Of a DNA stretch of 64,000 nt, positions 38,381-52,312 are shown in pieces. The notes beneath the pieces are model-generated. The model made no database searches and had not been told where the DNA came from. It saw only the letters and a list, made by a program, of their open reading frames with translations. The position numbers and the translations under genes were made by a program. Location: the NCBI RefSeq assembly GCF_018350175.1, contig NC_058368.1, forward strand, positions 219,792,001-219,856,000, written 5' to 3'. Position 1 is the stretch's first letter. Each line of letters begins with the position of its first letter. The stretch comes from Felis catus. Its lineage: Eukaryota.

Positions 38381-38890
38381 CAATGGCCCCCGACGTACAG
38401 ATGATTTGACTTATCATTTTTTGACTTACAATGTGTGAAAGTCATTCGTATTCACCAGAAACTATATTTCAGATTTTGAATCCTGATCATCTCCGAGGCT
38501 AGCCCTATGCAGGACATACTCTCTTTTGACGCTAGGCAGTGGCAGCGAGCTGCAGCTCGCACGCAAGCAGTCGGCCATCATGAAAGTAAGCAACGGATAC
38601 TTTTACAGCCATTCTGTACCCACACAACCATTGTGTTTTTGAGCTTCCGAACAATGTTCAACCAATTACATGAGATATTCAACATTTCATTGTAAAACAG
38701 GCTTTGTGTTAGATGATTATGCCCAACCCTAGGCTACTGTAGGTGTTCTGAGAATGTTTAAGGTAGGCTAGGCTAAGCTATGATGTTCAGTAGGTTAGGC
38801 GTATTAATTAATGCATTTTAGCTCATGACATTTTCAATTTAAGATGGGTTTATCAGGATATAACCTTATTATCAGTTTGAGGAAGATCTG
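38381..38890 (-). mobile_element. MER47/Tigger5-like TcMar DNA transposon
   Basis: TA flanks at 38379-38380 and 38891-38892; degenerate TIRs caatggcccccgacgtac / gtttgaggaagatctg; aaggtaggctaggctaagctatgatgttc. Confidence 0.85.
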
Positions 38891-39394
38891 TACTTGACTT
38901 TAGGTAATAATTTAATTTCATATATATTGTAGACACTGTAATTTTATGGATTTTCAAAAGATTCATATAAATTTAGTAAATTAAAAATAATATCAGTGAT
39001 TTGGATTTATATGATTATTTCTGGATTGATTATTGCCATAAGTCATCATTCAAATCTCACTTAGATTATTTCTTTAAAAAGATGATATTATATTTCAAGT
39101 ATACCCATATTGAGAAAATTAGAAAGACTTTTATAAATAAAATTTCTAAAAACCCACTCAGTTCTTACTGGTTTTATGAGTATTATCATAATTTATATTG
39201 ATATATTTATTACTATAGATTTTTTTCAAAGAAACACTAATGTTTACAGTTTAATTGTTTATCTGGAAATATCTGGATTGTTTTTCTAAGCAAAGGTAAT
39301 TTTAATTACACAATCATAAATTCTAATGAGTTTCACATATGGGCATGTGTGTCATGAGTGGCATGTGTGGTCATGGTCATGAGTTTCACATATG

Positions 39395-39545
39395 GGCAGA
39401 GAGAGGGAGAGAGAGAGAATCCTAAGCAGGCTCTGCACCATCAGCACAGAGCCCATCATGGGGCTCGATCCCACTAACCATGAGATTATGACCTGAGTCG
39501 AGATCAAGAGTTTGGTGCTTAACCTACTGAGCCACCAGGCACCCC
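39395..39545 (-). mobile_element. Can-SINE with 3' tail deleted
   Basis: gggcagagagagggagagagagagaatcctaagcagg...gagccaccaggcacccc; no poly-T tail or TSD on the left. Confidence 0.92.
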
Positions 39546-40137
<592 letters not shown>

Positions 40138-40553
40138 ATTCTGTATTTTTTAATCAATTTTTATGTAAACCTGAAACGGCTCTAAGAAATAAACCATTAA
40201 TTATCAAACAAAAGTAATAATTATATTTATTATTACAATTAATAATTATACAGAAAACAATACAAAAGATATGCAAACACATGCAAATTCTTAAAATTGC
40301 ACATATCTATGACCTCTGCATCTTTTTCTTACTAGCCAAACCTATTTTTTCTCTGAATCTGAATTTTCTACTAACTTTTTAACTGCCTTTGTCTGACTTC
40401 TAATACCATATGTTATTCATGGAAACAACCGTCCCTAAGGTAATCAATGACATGCATTTCTCTAAATCTATTGAAAAGTTTGGTTTTCATTTTACTTGAT
40501 CAAGCAACAGAATTTGACAATATTGTAGTATTTTTCCTTCTGTAAATTCTCTC

Positions 40554-40612
<59 letters not shown>
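40554..40612. repeat. Compound (TG)n(AG)n microsatellite
   Basis: Read directly. Confidence 0.95.
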
Positions 40613-40614
<2 letters not shown>

Positions 40615-42249
40615 ATACTGCCTTGCTTCACTGTGATTATCTTTGGCTACTCCCCAGTAGATTTCTTCTCAGGCTCATTATCTCCCTCCACTCTGCAAAT
40701 TAACTGTATTTCTATATTGTTCAGTTGAAACCCTTCTTTGTGTTTATTCTAATATTTCTCCCTTGAAAAATAAAATGCTTTACTTGTTATTTATGGACTT
40801 TATGTATTCTAGTTTACTCATCTGAGTTTGTGATCAATGACATGATTGACAAATTTACTTGTGTGTTTCAAAGTTACTTTAAATCAGCAAGTGCACACTA
40901 AATTTATGTTCTCTTTCAAAAGTCAATCCTTTCTTAGAAAACATCATCTTTTTAATCACTTGAAAAAAACGAAACAACAAAAGGTCATTCTGATAACATC
41001 TTTCCATCTTGATCTATATCCAAGGGCTTTAGTTTCAAATAATAGAAAAATCTTGCTGGTTTAAACCAAAAAGTCAATATATTGACAGCTTTAACTTAAT
41101 AGTTTGGAGGTTGGATAGAATACAGACATAGTTCTTTTACATAACTAGCTATGTTTCTTGGTGAATCTCTTTTCTATACCCTTATCTGTATCCAAGCTTC
41201 AATTTAAGGTTGCTAAACACTAAACATCATACACAGCAGTGTATGTTTCATTATTCAGAACAAGGACAGAAGGAAAATCACTCTTCTGACAACTCTAACA
41301 TAAAAGCTTTATTTTCTTCTGGTTTGAAGATACTGGGTAACTTGAATAACCTTGAGCCACAAACATTACACATACGATAGTATTGGTTTTTTTAAACTAA
41401 TCAAGGTCTGTTCTTGCAGTTATGACTGGGTTAATCATATTCAGGCAAATGGGGTAGTTTTGAAGGATTAATAAAAAGGTGATAGCCAACTTCAGAATCT
41501 ATCATTTGTCCACTTAATATTCATATATATCCTCTTTCTCATGCAGAAAGTTTCTAAAATGAATGTGTTTAAATTCATTATACTCAAACATTTTCAAAGG
41601 GACACAAATCAATGTTTATTCTAGTTGCTGTGGTAAGCTTTGGTTCTAGAATCTTAGCTAGATCAGCTCTCATTTTAATTGTATATTGTCAGTGCTCCTC
41701 ATGTTCCAGTAATTGATAAAATATCTACTTCTAACACACATGATCTGTATTGAAAAAGAACAGAACGTGTGGAAGGAATTACCTTAGTTAATGTGCTGAT
41801 ATGTGAATTAGTCACTATTGTGGGATGCTGAGATGTTTAATGTGGGTGACTTGGCAGGTAGTGGGGTCTGAAAGATTAGCTAAATAATGAAGAATAAAAA
41901 GATAAAGATCAAATTGTAAAAGTTCTAAATGATAAAGCTCAGAATTAAGATTCTAATAGCCAAAAATATTATTAAGTAGGGACACAATTATGTCACTTTT
42001 GATAATTATGTGTCCCCTGTGCTGGTGTAAAGAAGATGGAGTCATGAAGCTATTTAGTCAAGTGAAACTTAATATTGAGCAGTGAGGTCTGTTCAAAGAA
42101 ACATGAAAAAAGTTAACAGCCATATGGATGTAAGACAATGAGAGAGGTGACAGAATCAAGCACACACTATATGTTTTAAATTTTAGTGGGATTTTTTTTT
42201 TCATGAGTATCTTATTTGTAGATGCAGTCAATAATTATTACTTTATATT

Positions 42250-42452
42250 ATTTGTTAAGGTTTATGTATTTTTGAGAGAGAGAGAATGAGTGTGGGGAGA
42301 GTAGAGAGAGAGGTCAAGAGACAGAATTCTAAGCAGGCTCGGCAGCCTCAACGTACAGCCTGACACAGGGTTCCAACTCATGAAACATGAGATCATGACC
42401 TGAGCCAAAATCAAGAGTCAGACGCTAACCAACTAAGCCACGCAGGTGTCCC
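42250..42452 (-). mobile_element. Can-SINE
   Basis: Antisense body ending aagccacgcaggtgtccc. Confidence 0.9.
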
Positions 42453-42672
42453 TAATCTTATTTTAAATACAAAGTTCTGCTACCTTGCAAAATAAAATGG
42501 GAGAAGTATCTTTTTTTATTATCTAGATGAATTTGTGTAAAGCAGATGTTTTCCCCTTAAATGTTTGAAGGAATCTACAATGAAGTTTATCCAAGACTAG
42601 AGTTTTCTTTTTGAGAAGGTATAAAATGATGAATTATAGTTTACTAATAGGTAGAGGATTATTCATATTTCT

Positions 42673-42860
42673 TTTTTTTGGTAATTTTTAATGTTTATTT
42701 TTGAGAGAAAGGGAGAGAGAGTGCAAGCAGGAGAGGGGCAGAGAGAGGGAGACACAAAATCTGAAACAGGCTCAGGTTCCAAGCTGCCAGCACAGAGCCT
42801 GATGCAGGGCTCAAACTCACGAACCATAAGATCATGACCGGAACCAAAGTCAGGAACCCC
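42673..42860 (-). mobile_element. Can-SINE with an internal deletion in the tRNA head
   Basis: Antisense body ending aaagtcaggaacccc; flanks attcatatttctt / atcagatttctt. Confidence 0.9.
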
Positions 42861-43072
42861 ATCAGATTTCTTATTCTTATGTCAATTATATTGAATTTTT
42901 GAGAAAAATTTTACATACACATTTTTTTAAATTTTCGTAATTTTTATTTTTTATATTTGTAAGATATATTTAGAAATATTTTTTATTCCTGTAGAGAAAA
43001 TTTTTATTTTCAGCTTTATTAATAGAATACATTTGATTTTTTAATAAATTTTTGTTTTTAAAATTTGTTTTC

Positions 43073-43269
43073 TTTTTTTTTAAGTTTGTGTATTTAGAGA
43101 GACAGAGAGGTGGGAAGGGCAGAGGGGGGGGGGGAGACGGAATGCCAAGCAGGCGCCATGTTGTCAGCACAGAGCCCAGCACCGGGTTTGAACCCCCAAA
43201 CCATGAGATCATCACCTGATCTGACATCGAGAGTCAGACGCTTAACCTATTGAGCCACCCAGGTGCCCC
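43073..43269 (-). mobile_element. Can-SINE
   Basis: Antisense body ending gagccacccaggtgcccc; flanks tttaaaatttgttttc / tttaaaaattgatttc. Confidence 0.92.
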
Positions 43270-43371
43270 TTTAAAAATTGATTTCTGATTTCATATTTAT
43301 CATAATTTCCTTCCACTTCTCTTGGAACCATTTTGCTTTGCTTTTTCTAGCTTTGTATACTATTTACTACT

Positions 43372-43825
43372 ATATTCATTTCCTGTGGCTGCTATAAATA
43401 ATTTGGTGGCTTCAAACAGGAGAAATTTGTTCTCTCATGGTTCTGGATGCCAGAAAACCAAACTCAAGGTGTTGAAAAGGCTGTTCAACCTCAAAAGTCT
43501 CTTCGGGAGGCTTGAATCTTTGCCTTTTCCGGTTTCTGGAGATTTCTGGCTTTCCAACCCTGGGGATTCATCCCTCCAGTCTCTTCCTCTGTAGTCACAT
43601 TGCCCCTTCCTCTTCTGTCTGTCACAGCTCCCTTGTGGATCTCCTACAAGGGAACTTGATATTGGACTAAGGGACCAAGTGGGTACACAGGATGTTCTCT
43701 TTATTTCAAGATTCTTAACTTAATCACACCTATAAAGACCCTTATTCTAAATAAGGTAAGAATCTCAGGTTCTAGGAATTAGGTTGTAGACATATCCTTT
43801 GAGGGCTACCATTCAACTTACTGCA
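43372..43825 (-). mobile_element. MLT1-type MaLR LTR
   Basis: tttcctgtggctgctat...tggtggcttcaaacag...ttcaagattcttaacttaatcacac...accattcaacttactgca. Confidence 0.85.
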
Positions 43826-45311
43826 CTTTGGTAGTTACAGGTTTAAATCATAGAGTTCCTGACAGGCGCTTAAGGCTCGCCCACTGAAGACAGACTCTGC
43901 AGGTTCCCACAAGGTATGATGCATTTTACTTGCATTATTTGATTCAAAATATTTTATGTATATAAAATATGCACATTTTACTTGCATTATTATTTGATCC
44001 AAAATATTATTAGATTCAAAATGTTTTGTGAATTCTTCAATGAAACATAGCATGTAGCATATTTAGAACTATGTTGCTTAATACTATTGTGTCACATCTT
44101 CAGTAGTAATTTTTAGATTGCTTTCACTGTGGTTAATAATTAGTCCCAGGATGGTTTTGTTCTTTTAAATGAATTTATATTTTCCCAGAATTTAATCAAC
44201 ATTAAAAGTTCCCATCTTCTGTTGGTATGACTTTTACCAAGTTTCTTAATCTTGATATTCAAACACTATCTTTCTTGAGTTTTTGTCTGACTTTGTACTG
44301 TGGTGTAAGTTGCATCGGTATCTCCAATTATGATTCAGTATCTTTCAATTTCAACTTTACTTTAGTCAGTTGTTGCTTTATTATATATTTTAAAGTTAAG
44401 TTATTAGCTGCATTAAAATTTAGGATTTTTATAGCTTTTAAAATTGAACCTTTAATCATAGCTAAATGTTCCTTTTTATATCATATAATATTTCTCCCTT
44501 TAAATCTATTTTGACTCATAGTCATACAGTGTCATCAACTTAAATATTCACATATGCTTCCATGGCAAATGATATGCAGAATATCAGGCTAATCTCTTCC
44601 TTGTGTTTATGTTATTTAACCCTTTCAAATTAGGTCACTTTGACAATCTGGAAGTTCAGTTTTTGTCTATCATTGCAATGAAAAGGCCAAAAATCTAAGA
44701 ATGCTCATTCCTCCTCATTTTCCATTCCCTGCACTGTTAATCCACACATGCCCTGGATGAAATAGCAGTGGGAAATGTGTGACTTATAACACCATCCTTT
44801 TCTATGAGGTACTGGTCACTTGAGTTTAGTTTTCTTGGCTGTACTCTGAGGCCTTCAAATAATTTATTTGTGCATTTTATACAATGTTTATAATTGATCT
44901 CTGTAAGTGGCTTTAACTCTGATATAGCTAAAATCCATTGTGTTTAATTAGGGTGGTTGGGGGTAAGTAGGCAATACTGGAACAGGGATGAATTACTTGA
45001 TTCTCATTCATTTCAAGTCATGCCCGGAGGCAAGCTGCCCTTTAAGGTGGACACAGCTTATCACAATCAAACTTCTAATAGTTCTTCGGAATTCTTGATT
45101 CAACTCATAGCTATTCCTCTGTGTTAGTTGTGGGAAGAGGAGACACACACATAAAGCTGTGGCTTATAGAAGAATAGAAGTTTATTTCTCTCTAATGGAA
45201 TGGTTCAAATGAAAATGTTCCTGGTTAGTATAGCAGCTCTTCCATTGTAAATATACTGCTGTTTCAATCTCTATGTTCACAGTGGATGCCATGGTTTTCA
45301 TCTTCCCACAG

Positions 45312-46133
45312 TGTGGGGAATAAGCTTAGGAATTCCCTGGGCTTATACCAATGGGTTAACAAGGCTTAAAGGATTACAAAGCCATAGGATCACACCTGAG
45401 TTTGGGTAAACAAGATTAGGACCCCAGAATAGAGAGGGAGGGGCAAAGTCCCCAGAATAGGGAGGGCAAAGGCCCCAGAATAGAATAGGGAGGGGGTGCA
45501 GAGCCCCCAGAACAGAGAGGGAGGGACAAAGGCCCCAGAATAGAGAGGGGCACAAAGGCACCCAATACAAAGTTATATGAGGTAAGCAAGATTAGGCCTT
45601 CAGGGAGGAAGCACCCCACAATTTAGTAGTATAGCAGAAAGCTACTTTCACAGGAGGGAAGGACCAAGTTAGGTAAACAGGTAAATTGAGGTATAGACTG
45701 CTGTGCTGAAGGTAAACAATCCCAGAGCTGGTTAACAAAAGAAAAGGTGCCTTGTTAACCTCGAGGTTATTTCCCCTATCTACCTTATACCCTAGGCTAA
45801 CTAAGATAAAGAGATATAGTGCCTCCTGTCTCCATTAACAACCATCTGCCCATCTGCAGGCACCAGGATTTTGTTTTATATTGACCCAAACCCCAAACAC
45901 CGTATATCTTCAAAACCCCCCTTTCCCTCATGCCCATGAGTTAATGTTCACCAATTCATTGTTTCCTGGTGCATGACCTCACATTTGTGAGCCTCTGATC
46001 CTAATAAATATGGGGCAAGGACCCTTATTCGGGGCTTTTGTCTTTTCCGGGACATTAGCCATCTCTTGCCTTTCATCCTGCATCCTGCTCTTTTGTTGGC
46101 CAAAAGAGAACTTCATATTTAGAGTCTATGACA
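45312..46133 (+). mobile_element. Solo retroviral LTR with internal minisatellite
   Basis: TG...CA termini (tgtggggaa / ctatgaca); 6-bp flanks ccacag / ccccag; AATAAA at 46003-46008; GC-richer than its surroundings. Confidence 0.85.
45422..45565 (+). repeat. ~28-bp G-rich minisatellite, 5 units, inside the LTR
   Basis: ccccagaa starts at 45422, 45450, 45473, 45505, 45533; unit approx. ccccagaatagagagggaggggcaaagg. Confidence 0.9.
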
Positions 46134-46599
46134 CCCCAGAACTTGCTAAGAGATAGAAAAGTAGGGTAAAAGATGTTCATTCTTATTTAGAAGTGACCCA
46201 TAAGTGGTATACTGGTACAAGAATTTGGATACATAGCCACAACATGCTGCATTAATCAAGATGAAACTTGAGAGTTCCACAAATAAAGAAGGAAGTGGAT
46301 ATAACTACATAGCTAGAAGTCCCTGTCATAGTTCTTTGCTTTCCCAGGAATGGAAAAGGCATGAACAAGATATTCCTACACCATGGATGTTTAATGCCAA
46401 ACACGAAACTCAAAGCTCTGGTCTTTTGTAAGGAGTCAGATATTACCACCCCCACTCCTGCACGGTCACTTTCTACCAAATAATATTAGTATTAGGTGAC
46501 ACTGTTCTCCTGAGAATGCACTCATGGAAAATTACACTGTGTAAAGTACATCCTCCACAGCCAGTTTATAGCTTATTATAGCATACTCACAACGACATA

Positions 46600-47260
46600 G
46601 AATTGAATTTTTTATGCAGGCTTTCAGTTCAGTTTCTTCTAAGCTCTGCAACATATTTCATTTTCTCTTTGACTGACTTTTACCATATCAAAGTCCAGTT
46701 TTGTGAAGTAGTGTTTTAAGTACAATTCTGGAAGTTTAAGGTAGGTATCATATTTCAATACATTGCATGTAATACTTTGGCTTCCCAGGATATACAGGTC
46801 AGTATCAAAACTGTCATGTTAGGACATTCTAAGTCCACATGGCAATGCCATCCTTTTCATAAAATTTAGTCATTTATCTTTGTCAATCAGCTTAACTACA
46901 GTTTGTAGTACAGTTAATATTATTAAGATATCTGTTTCAATGCACAATGGAAATAGAAGTATAGAATAAAATTACCTTTTAATCATTTTTTTAAAATTTA
47001 TTTTATATGGTTTTAAATGAAACTATTGGAGTTAATGGTGATAACCATATTGGAAGTATCTCTTACGGCTGAGTGAATCTTTAACACATTCAGAAGAGCT
47101 TCTTATTCTGCACATCAATTATCACCATTGTATGTTTCCCAAGGATCATTTATGATGGACTTTCTCTGAAAATGTAGAGATATAGATGCCTAAACATTTC
47201 AAGTTTGAGTATTTTATCTTTTTGAAAAAGATACATTTGGTAAATGGAAATAAGGTTTGA
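46600..47260 (-). mobile_element. Possible highly degenerate hAT (Charlie-like) transposase remnant
   Basis: Minus-strand peptides AVRDTSNMVI (47040-47069) and KDGIAMW (46835-46855) resemble hAT motifs DESTDVxDTxQL and TDGAxAM at plausible spacing. Confidence 0.35.
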
Positions 47261-47625
47261 CAAGGTCAAGTATACTTACATTAGATCAGCTGTTGTGGAC
47301 TGTTCCAACTGTGTTTTTCTGTCCAGTCTATATGTATTGTTCAAGATAAAGATATTTTGCAGGAAAGAGATACTTTGTAAATAGTTTTTGAATGGGAAGA
47401 TGAATGAAATAAATAATCAATAGAGAAAACTAAAGAAAAATGAATACCCATTTTTATGTGGCATGTATGAGTCGACATTTGAAAATTTACATGAGGCCAT
47501 CTGAAAAGCATGAGGTAATTTATGTCTAGAATTCCAGAACTGGGTCACAGTTTTCTACACTGAATAATTTATACAAATATGTATATAAGGAATACCTTTT
47601 TAATAAATGTTGAAAATAAATCTAA

Positions 47626-47853
47626 GGGGCGCCTGGGTGGCGCAGTCGGTTAAGCATCCGACTTCAGCCAGTTCACGATCTCGCGGTCCATGAGTTCGAG
47701 CCCTGCGTCAGGCTCTGGGCTGATGGCTCAGAGCCTGGAGCCTGTTTCCGATTCTGTGTCTCCCTCTCTCTCTGCCCCTCCCCCGTTCATGCTCTGTCTC
47801 TCTGTCCCAAAAATAAATAAACATTGAAAAAAAAATAAAAAAAATAAAAGAAA
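47626..47853 (+). mobile_element. Young felid SINE (SINEC_Fc1-like)
   Basis: ggggcgcctgggtggcgcagtcggttaag head, A-rich tail; TSD gaaaataaatc at 47612-47622 and 47854-47864. Confidence 0.96.
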
Positions 47854-50831
47854 GAAAATAAATCCCAGATCACTAATATTCCATTAAGAAGGTTAAATTT
47901 AATTGTGTGTGTTACAGATCTTATATTTCCATTTACTCAACTGACAAGGAAAATGTAATTATTTTTGAAACATTATAATATGCTAAGAATGTGTGACCTT
48001 TCCACAGTTTAAGCAGTAAAGCTCACTCAAAGGTGTTCTGCTCAAGCTTAATATTAGTATACCTAAACTACACTGATTTTTTATTAAACATGCTAACGTA
48101 CCAACTACCAATGGCATATCCTGTGAAGTGTTAGAAAAGACAACCAAGTATTAAATGAAGAAGAATTGCTCAATACTTGATAAAATTTATTTTTCTACAA
48201 TTATGCTGACCTGTTTACATAATACTTGGGAAGACATATTCTTATTTAAAATACTCATTTAATGTATAATGTAATATTTCTCATGAAAAATACAATCTTA
48301 TTTTCATATATTTGGAAAATCAGATGTTCCTGTTCAGTGGATAATTACTGATATACTAACGTTACATGAATAGGATAAAACAAGGTTCTGTACTAAAAAT
48401 ATTGAAAACTTTAAAAGTTGTGAATTAATCCTTTCAATTTTATGTTCTGGTGTTTTAGAGATGCTCAGAAACCAGAAGTCACATAAATGGGTTAATTCTA
48501 AAATTGTTTAAACATTAGCCATCATCACAATTTAATGTTTAACAATTCTTGCCAGATTCATGAGTTCATATATTTCACTAAATAGAACTTTTCCCTTATT
48601 TTATTAATTGTAGATTGCATATGATTCTTAATGAAATATTCACATTTCATTGACAAACCAAGGTAGCACTGCAGGTGTCCCAAGTTGTAAAATGTCACAC
48701 ACATTTTAGTAAAAGTGTAAGCACTATTAACTGAGGATTTAAATACATTAGCTCACGTGATTCTCTCAACAGCTCCATACAACAGAATAATTAGGTAAAA
48801 TAATATGAGTTTCTATAATAGATAAGGCCCCAAATCTTAGTGGCTCACTTAACACAATAGAATTAATCTTATTCATGTGAATTCTAAATGAGGGCTTCCT
48901 GATTTGGACTCAGTTCCATCCAGTCTATTCAGGACACCAGGCTGATAAAAGTTCTTCCCATTTCAAGCCAATATTGCTGGGGACATCAATATCCAATCAG
49001 CAGATTGGGAAGTGAAAGAATCATATTCAGGAAGTTATGATAAGCCAGACTTTGCTCTAATTTCACCGGTTCTAACTCTGTCACATGGTAATGACTCAGA
49101 AAACAGGGAGCCTTATGAGCACAGGGAGAATGGTCTATTTTCTGTGCCACCAGTCTCTTATTACAGTTTGCCCTTCTATTCATCAAATCCCAATTTCATC
49201 ATTTTTCTGCACACAGAATATGTTCATTCTCTGATAAAGATTCAGGGTATATCTCACAAGTTTCTGTATTCAATTAAATGGAGCTATGATGTAGAATATA
49301 GGAATTAAGAAGACTAGTAATTTGTTCTCAACTTATACAATACTCAATGGTAGCGTAGGAGCAAGATCATTGCAACTAACTTCCACATTTTGAAAATGAA
49401 GTAGAGAGAAACTCCAATGCAATGGTAAAGTCCTGCCAACTGGAATTGAAAAGATCCTTGATTGCAACCTAACTTTGCTCTCTGAGAAAATTCTCTCATT
49501 TGTTTCCTTTTGGAGCCCCTTGCTCACCTTTCTTGGACATCCCTTGTCCTTTCCTCTCAGGCCACACAAAGTGAATATTGAGGCAGAAGGCTGCCTCTGG
49601 TATGTGAGGCTTCCATAGACAGCCTCCCAGGCATGCAAGTTTGAGAACTTGAGTTCTGTTAAAACCTGTATAGTCAAGATACATTTTAGTTCCATTAGCT
49701 AGTTTCATTGACATTCCCTTAGAAGAATAGTAGGTTTCTAATTTATTTGTTTCTAGTAAGTACCATGTGCCAGTAACCATACTGGAATTCTGTACTAGAC
49801 AAAAGTCCAAAATGTAATTCCTTTCCTTGCCTTACTTTGCATTCTATTCCCTTCTTTCCGAAAAAAATGACAGCTACACTGAGGCAATCTTACATGGGAA
49901 AGAAATACTCTCAGTCCTATTTGTGTCACAGGGATGATTCTTAATTGGCTGCTTGTACACACTTTTTTTTTTCAGCTTATTTTTCCCTTCAAGGTGAAAG
50001 AAGAGCCAATTTATCTACCTGTTGAGGCTTCACATTAGCTGGCAGTTTTCATTCCAACAGGTAAAATTATTGTGTCATTTACAGGTGAGAGGAATGAAGT
50101 ACAAACTAAAGGTTATGTGGCATATCTTGTGTTAAACGGCTAGTGGTTTTGAGGCTAAGGTTTAAATTCAGCCATTTTCCAAAAGATAGCATCCGCTTCT
50201 ATACTGTCCCTCACATCTGTTATCTTCTGCCCATAGCACTTCTCTCTGTGGGGCTTAAATACCAATCTATATGGCATAGAAGTGGATAGACTTTATCCCA
50301 TGCCCCCATCATCCTCATCAATCATTATGCGTTTCTTCAGAGCTAATCCCTCTTCTATATTTCAGTGACAAACTGAAGTTCTTATGCTCATATTCTCACT
50401 GATATGGTTATCTGGAAGTAGATGCCATTAACATTTCTTCTACACCCACGGGCAAGTCCACGTTTTTCTTACACTGCCAGAACAGCTCATGCTACATATG
50501 CAAATCTCCAAGCATATGACAAATTTGCATTTTTGCAGTGGTATTGACTTTTTTTTTAAAGATAATGCACACATGTTAAGTCTAGGGTTATATATATGCA
50601 TGTTTGTGTGACCACATCATACATTTTTCATAGCACTTTGAATTAGAGTGGAAAAATATTTTAAGTGGCATAATATGATAGATATATTTATTGTGTATTT
50701 TCCCCTAAAATACTGTCTTTATTTAAACATTATCATATTTTTGTACCCATGCCTGTCAATTAGCAGAAATATTTAAAATGAACATGGGAGGACCCAGCAC
50801 TGAAGATCCTAAGGCAGTATGTCTGGGAGAG

Positions 50832-50834
<3 letters not shown>

Positions 50835-50872
<38 letters not shown>
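50835..50872. repeat. (CT)n microsatellite, ~19 units
   Basis: Read directly. Confidence 0.95.
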
Positions 50873-50877
<5 letters not shown>

Positions 50878-50923
50878 CTGTAGTGTATTTTGATGCTTTA
50901 GGTGAATACACCAATGCTTTCTT

Positions 50924-51134
50924 AATTTTTTTTTTACGTTTATTTTTATTTTAGAGAGAAAGAGACAGAGCGTGGGCAGGGGAGCAGAGAGAGAGGGAGA
51001 CACACAATCTGAAGCAGACTTCAGGTTCTGAGCTGTCAGCACAGAGCCTGACGCTGGGTTCAAACTCATGAACCGCGAGATCGTGACTTGAGCCTAAGTC
51101 TGAGGCTCAACTGACTGAACCACCCAGGCACCCC
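50924..51134 (-). mobile_element. Can-SINE
   Basis: Antisense body ending cacccaggcacccc; flanks share tgctttctt. Confidence 0.94.
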
Positions 51135-51158
51135 ATTCACTGCTTTCTTTAACAGGTC

Positions 51159-51638
51159 TGTGGTAGACAAAATATTGGTTCCTCAAAATCCCAATGTCTT
51201 AATTCCAGGAAACTGTGAATATATTACCTTGACATGTCAAAAGGGATTTAGTATATATATGATTAAGATTAAAACCGAGATAAGAAAATTATCTTAGATT
51301 ATCCTGGTGGTCCTAAAATAATCTCATGAATTCTTAAAAGCAAAGAATCAATCAATCCCAGCTATGGTCAGAGGTAGCAATCGTCATAGCTATGGTCATA
51401 GGGAGCTATGGAAGGAAAGGGCCAAGGAATGTTGTGACCTCAAGAAACTGGAAACGCAAACAAATGGATTCTCTCTTAAAGCCTCCAAAAAGGAATGCAG
51501 CCTCACCTACTCATTGATTTTAGCCCAATGAGACCTGTGTTAGACTTCTAACTTATAGAATTGAAGACATTAAGTCCGTATTGTTTTAAGCCACTAAACT
51601 TGTGGTAATTTGTAACAGCAACAATAGAAAACTAATAT
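51159..51638 (+). mobile_element. MLT1D-like MaLR LTR
   Basis: tgtggtagacaaaatattgg...ttccaggaaactgtgaatatattacctt...ttgttttaagccactaa...cagcaacaatagaaaactaata. Confidence 0.85.
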
Positions 51639-52078
51639 GCTGTCTTTATAACTTATATATAACTTCATTTTAACACCTGATCGTTTCTTATTTCTTTTTA
51701 GTTGGATCTCTTTGTATTAAAAACCAACCACACCAAACAAAACAAAACAAACAAAATTTTTAAAAAAAGACACCTAAGGCCAGCATCCACTTATTTTACA
51801 AAGCATGAAATTTCAGTGTTTTACATAATTGTGAACGGTGAGTAGAGTTTCTTATTATTCCAAAATTGGCAACTAGAATACACAGCTGAGGATAGAGGAT
51901 ATGCTTCCCAATTTAATACTAAAGAAAGTCACAGATAAAAATTTGTGGTGTCAGAAGAAAGGACACTATTGCCTCTCCCTAGTACTTGGTGTCTAGTGAA
52001 CTGTAGAAACTAACCATTCTCATTCTTATCTGGGGACAGCACTTTGAAAGGAAGTTCCTTATAGTTTGACATGGTTCA

Positions 52079-52312
52079 GGAAGGCTGGGTGGTTCAATAA
52101 GTTAAGCGTCGGACCTCGGCTCAGGTCATGATCTCATGATTCGTGGGTTTGAGCCCCAGGCCGGGCTCTGTGCTGACAGCTTGCTAAGGGCCTGGAGGCT
52201 GCTTCAGATTCTGTGTCTTCTCTCTCTGTCCCCCCCCCCTCCCCCCCCCCCCCCGCTCACACTCTCTCTTTGTCTCTCAAAAATAAGTAAGTGTTAAAAA
52301 AGTTAAAAAAAA
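52079..52312 (+). mobile_element. Can-SINE
   Basis: ctgggtggttcaataagttaagcgtcggacctcggctcaggtcatg; C-rich middle; TSD tttgacatgg(t/c)tc. Confidence 0.93.

Noticed and set aside
45422..45565. CRISPR-like or coding repeat
   Set aside because: Units are contiguous with no unique spacers, the context is eukaryotic, and it lies within an LTR; the minus-strand ORFs are repeat translations
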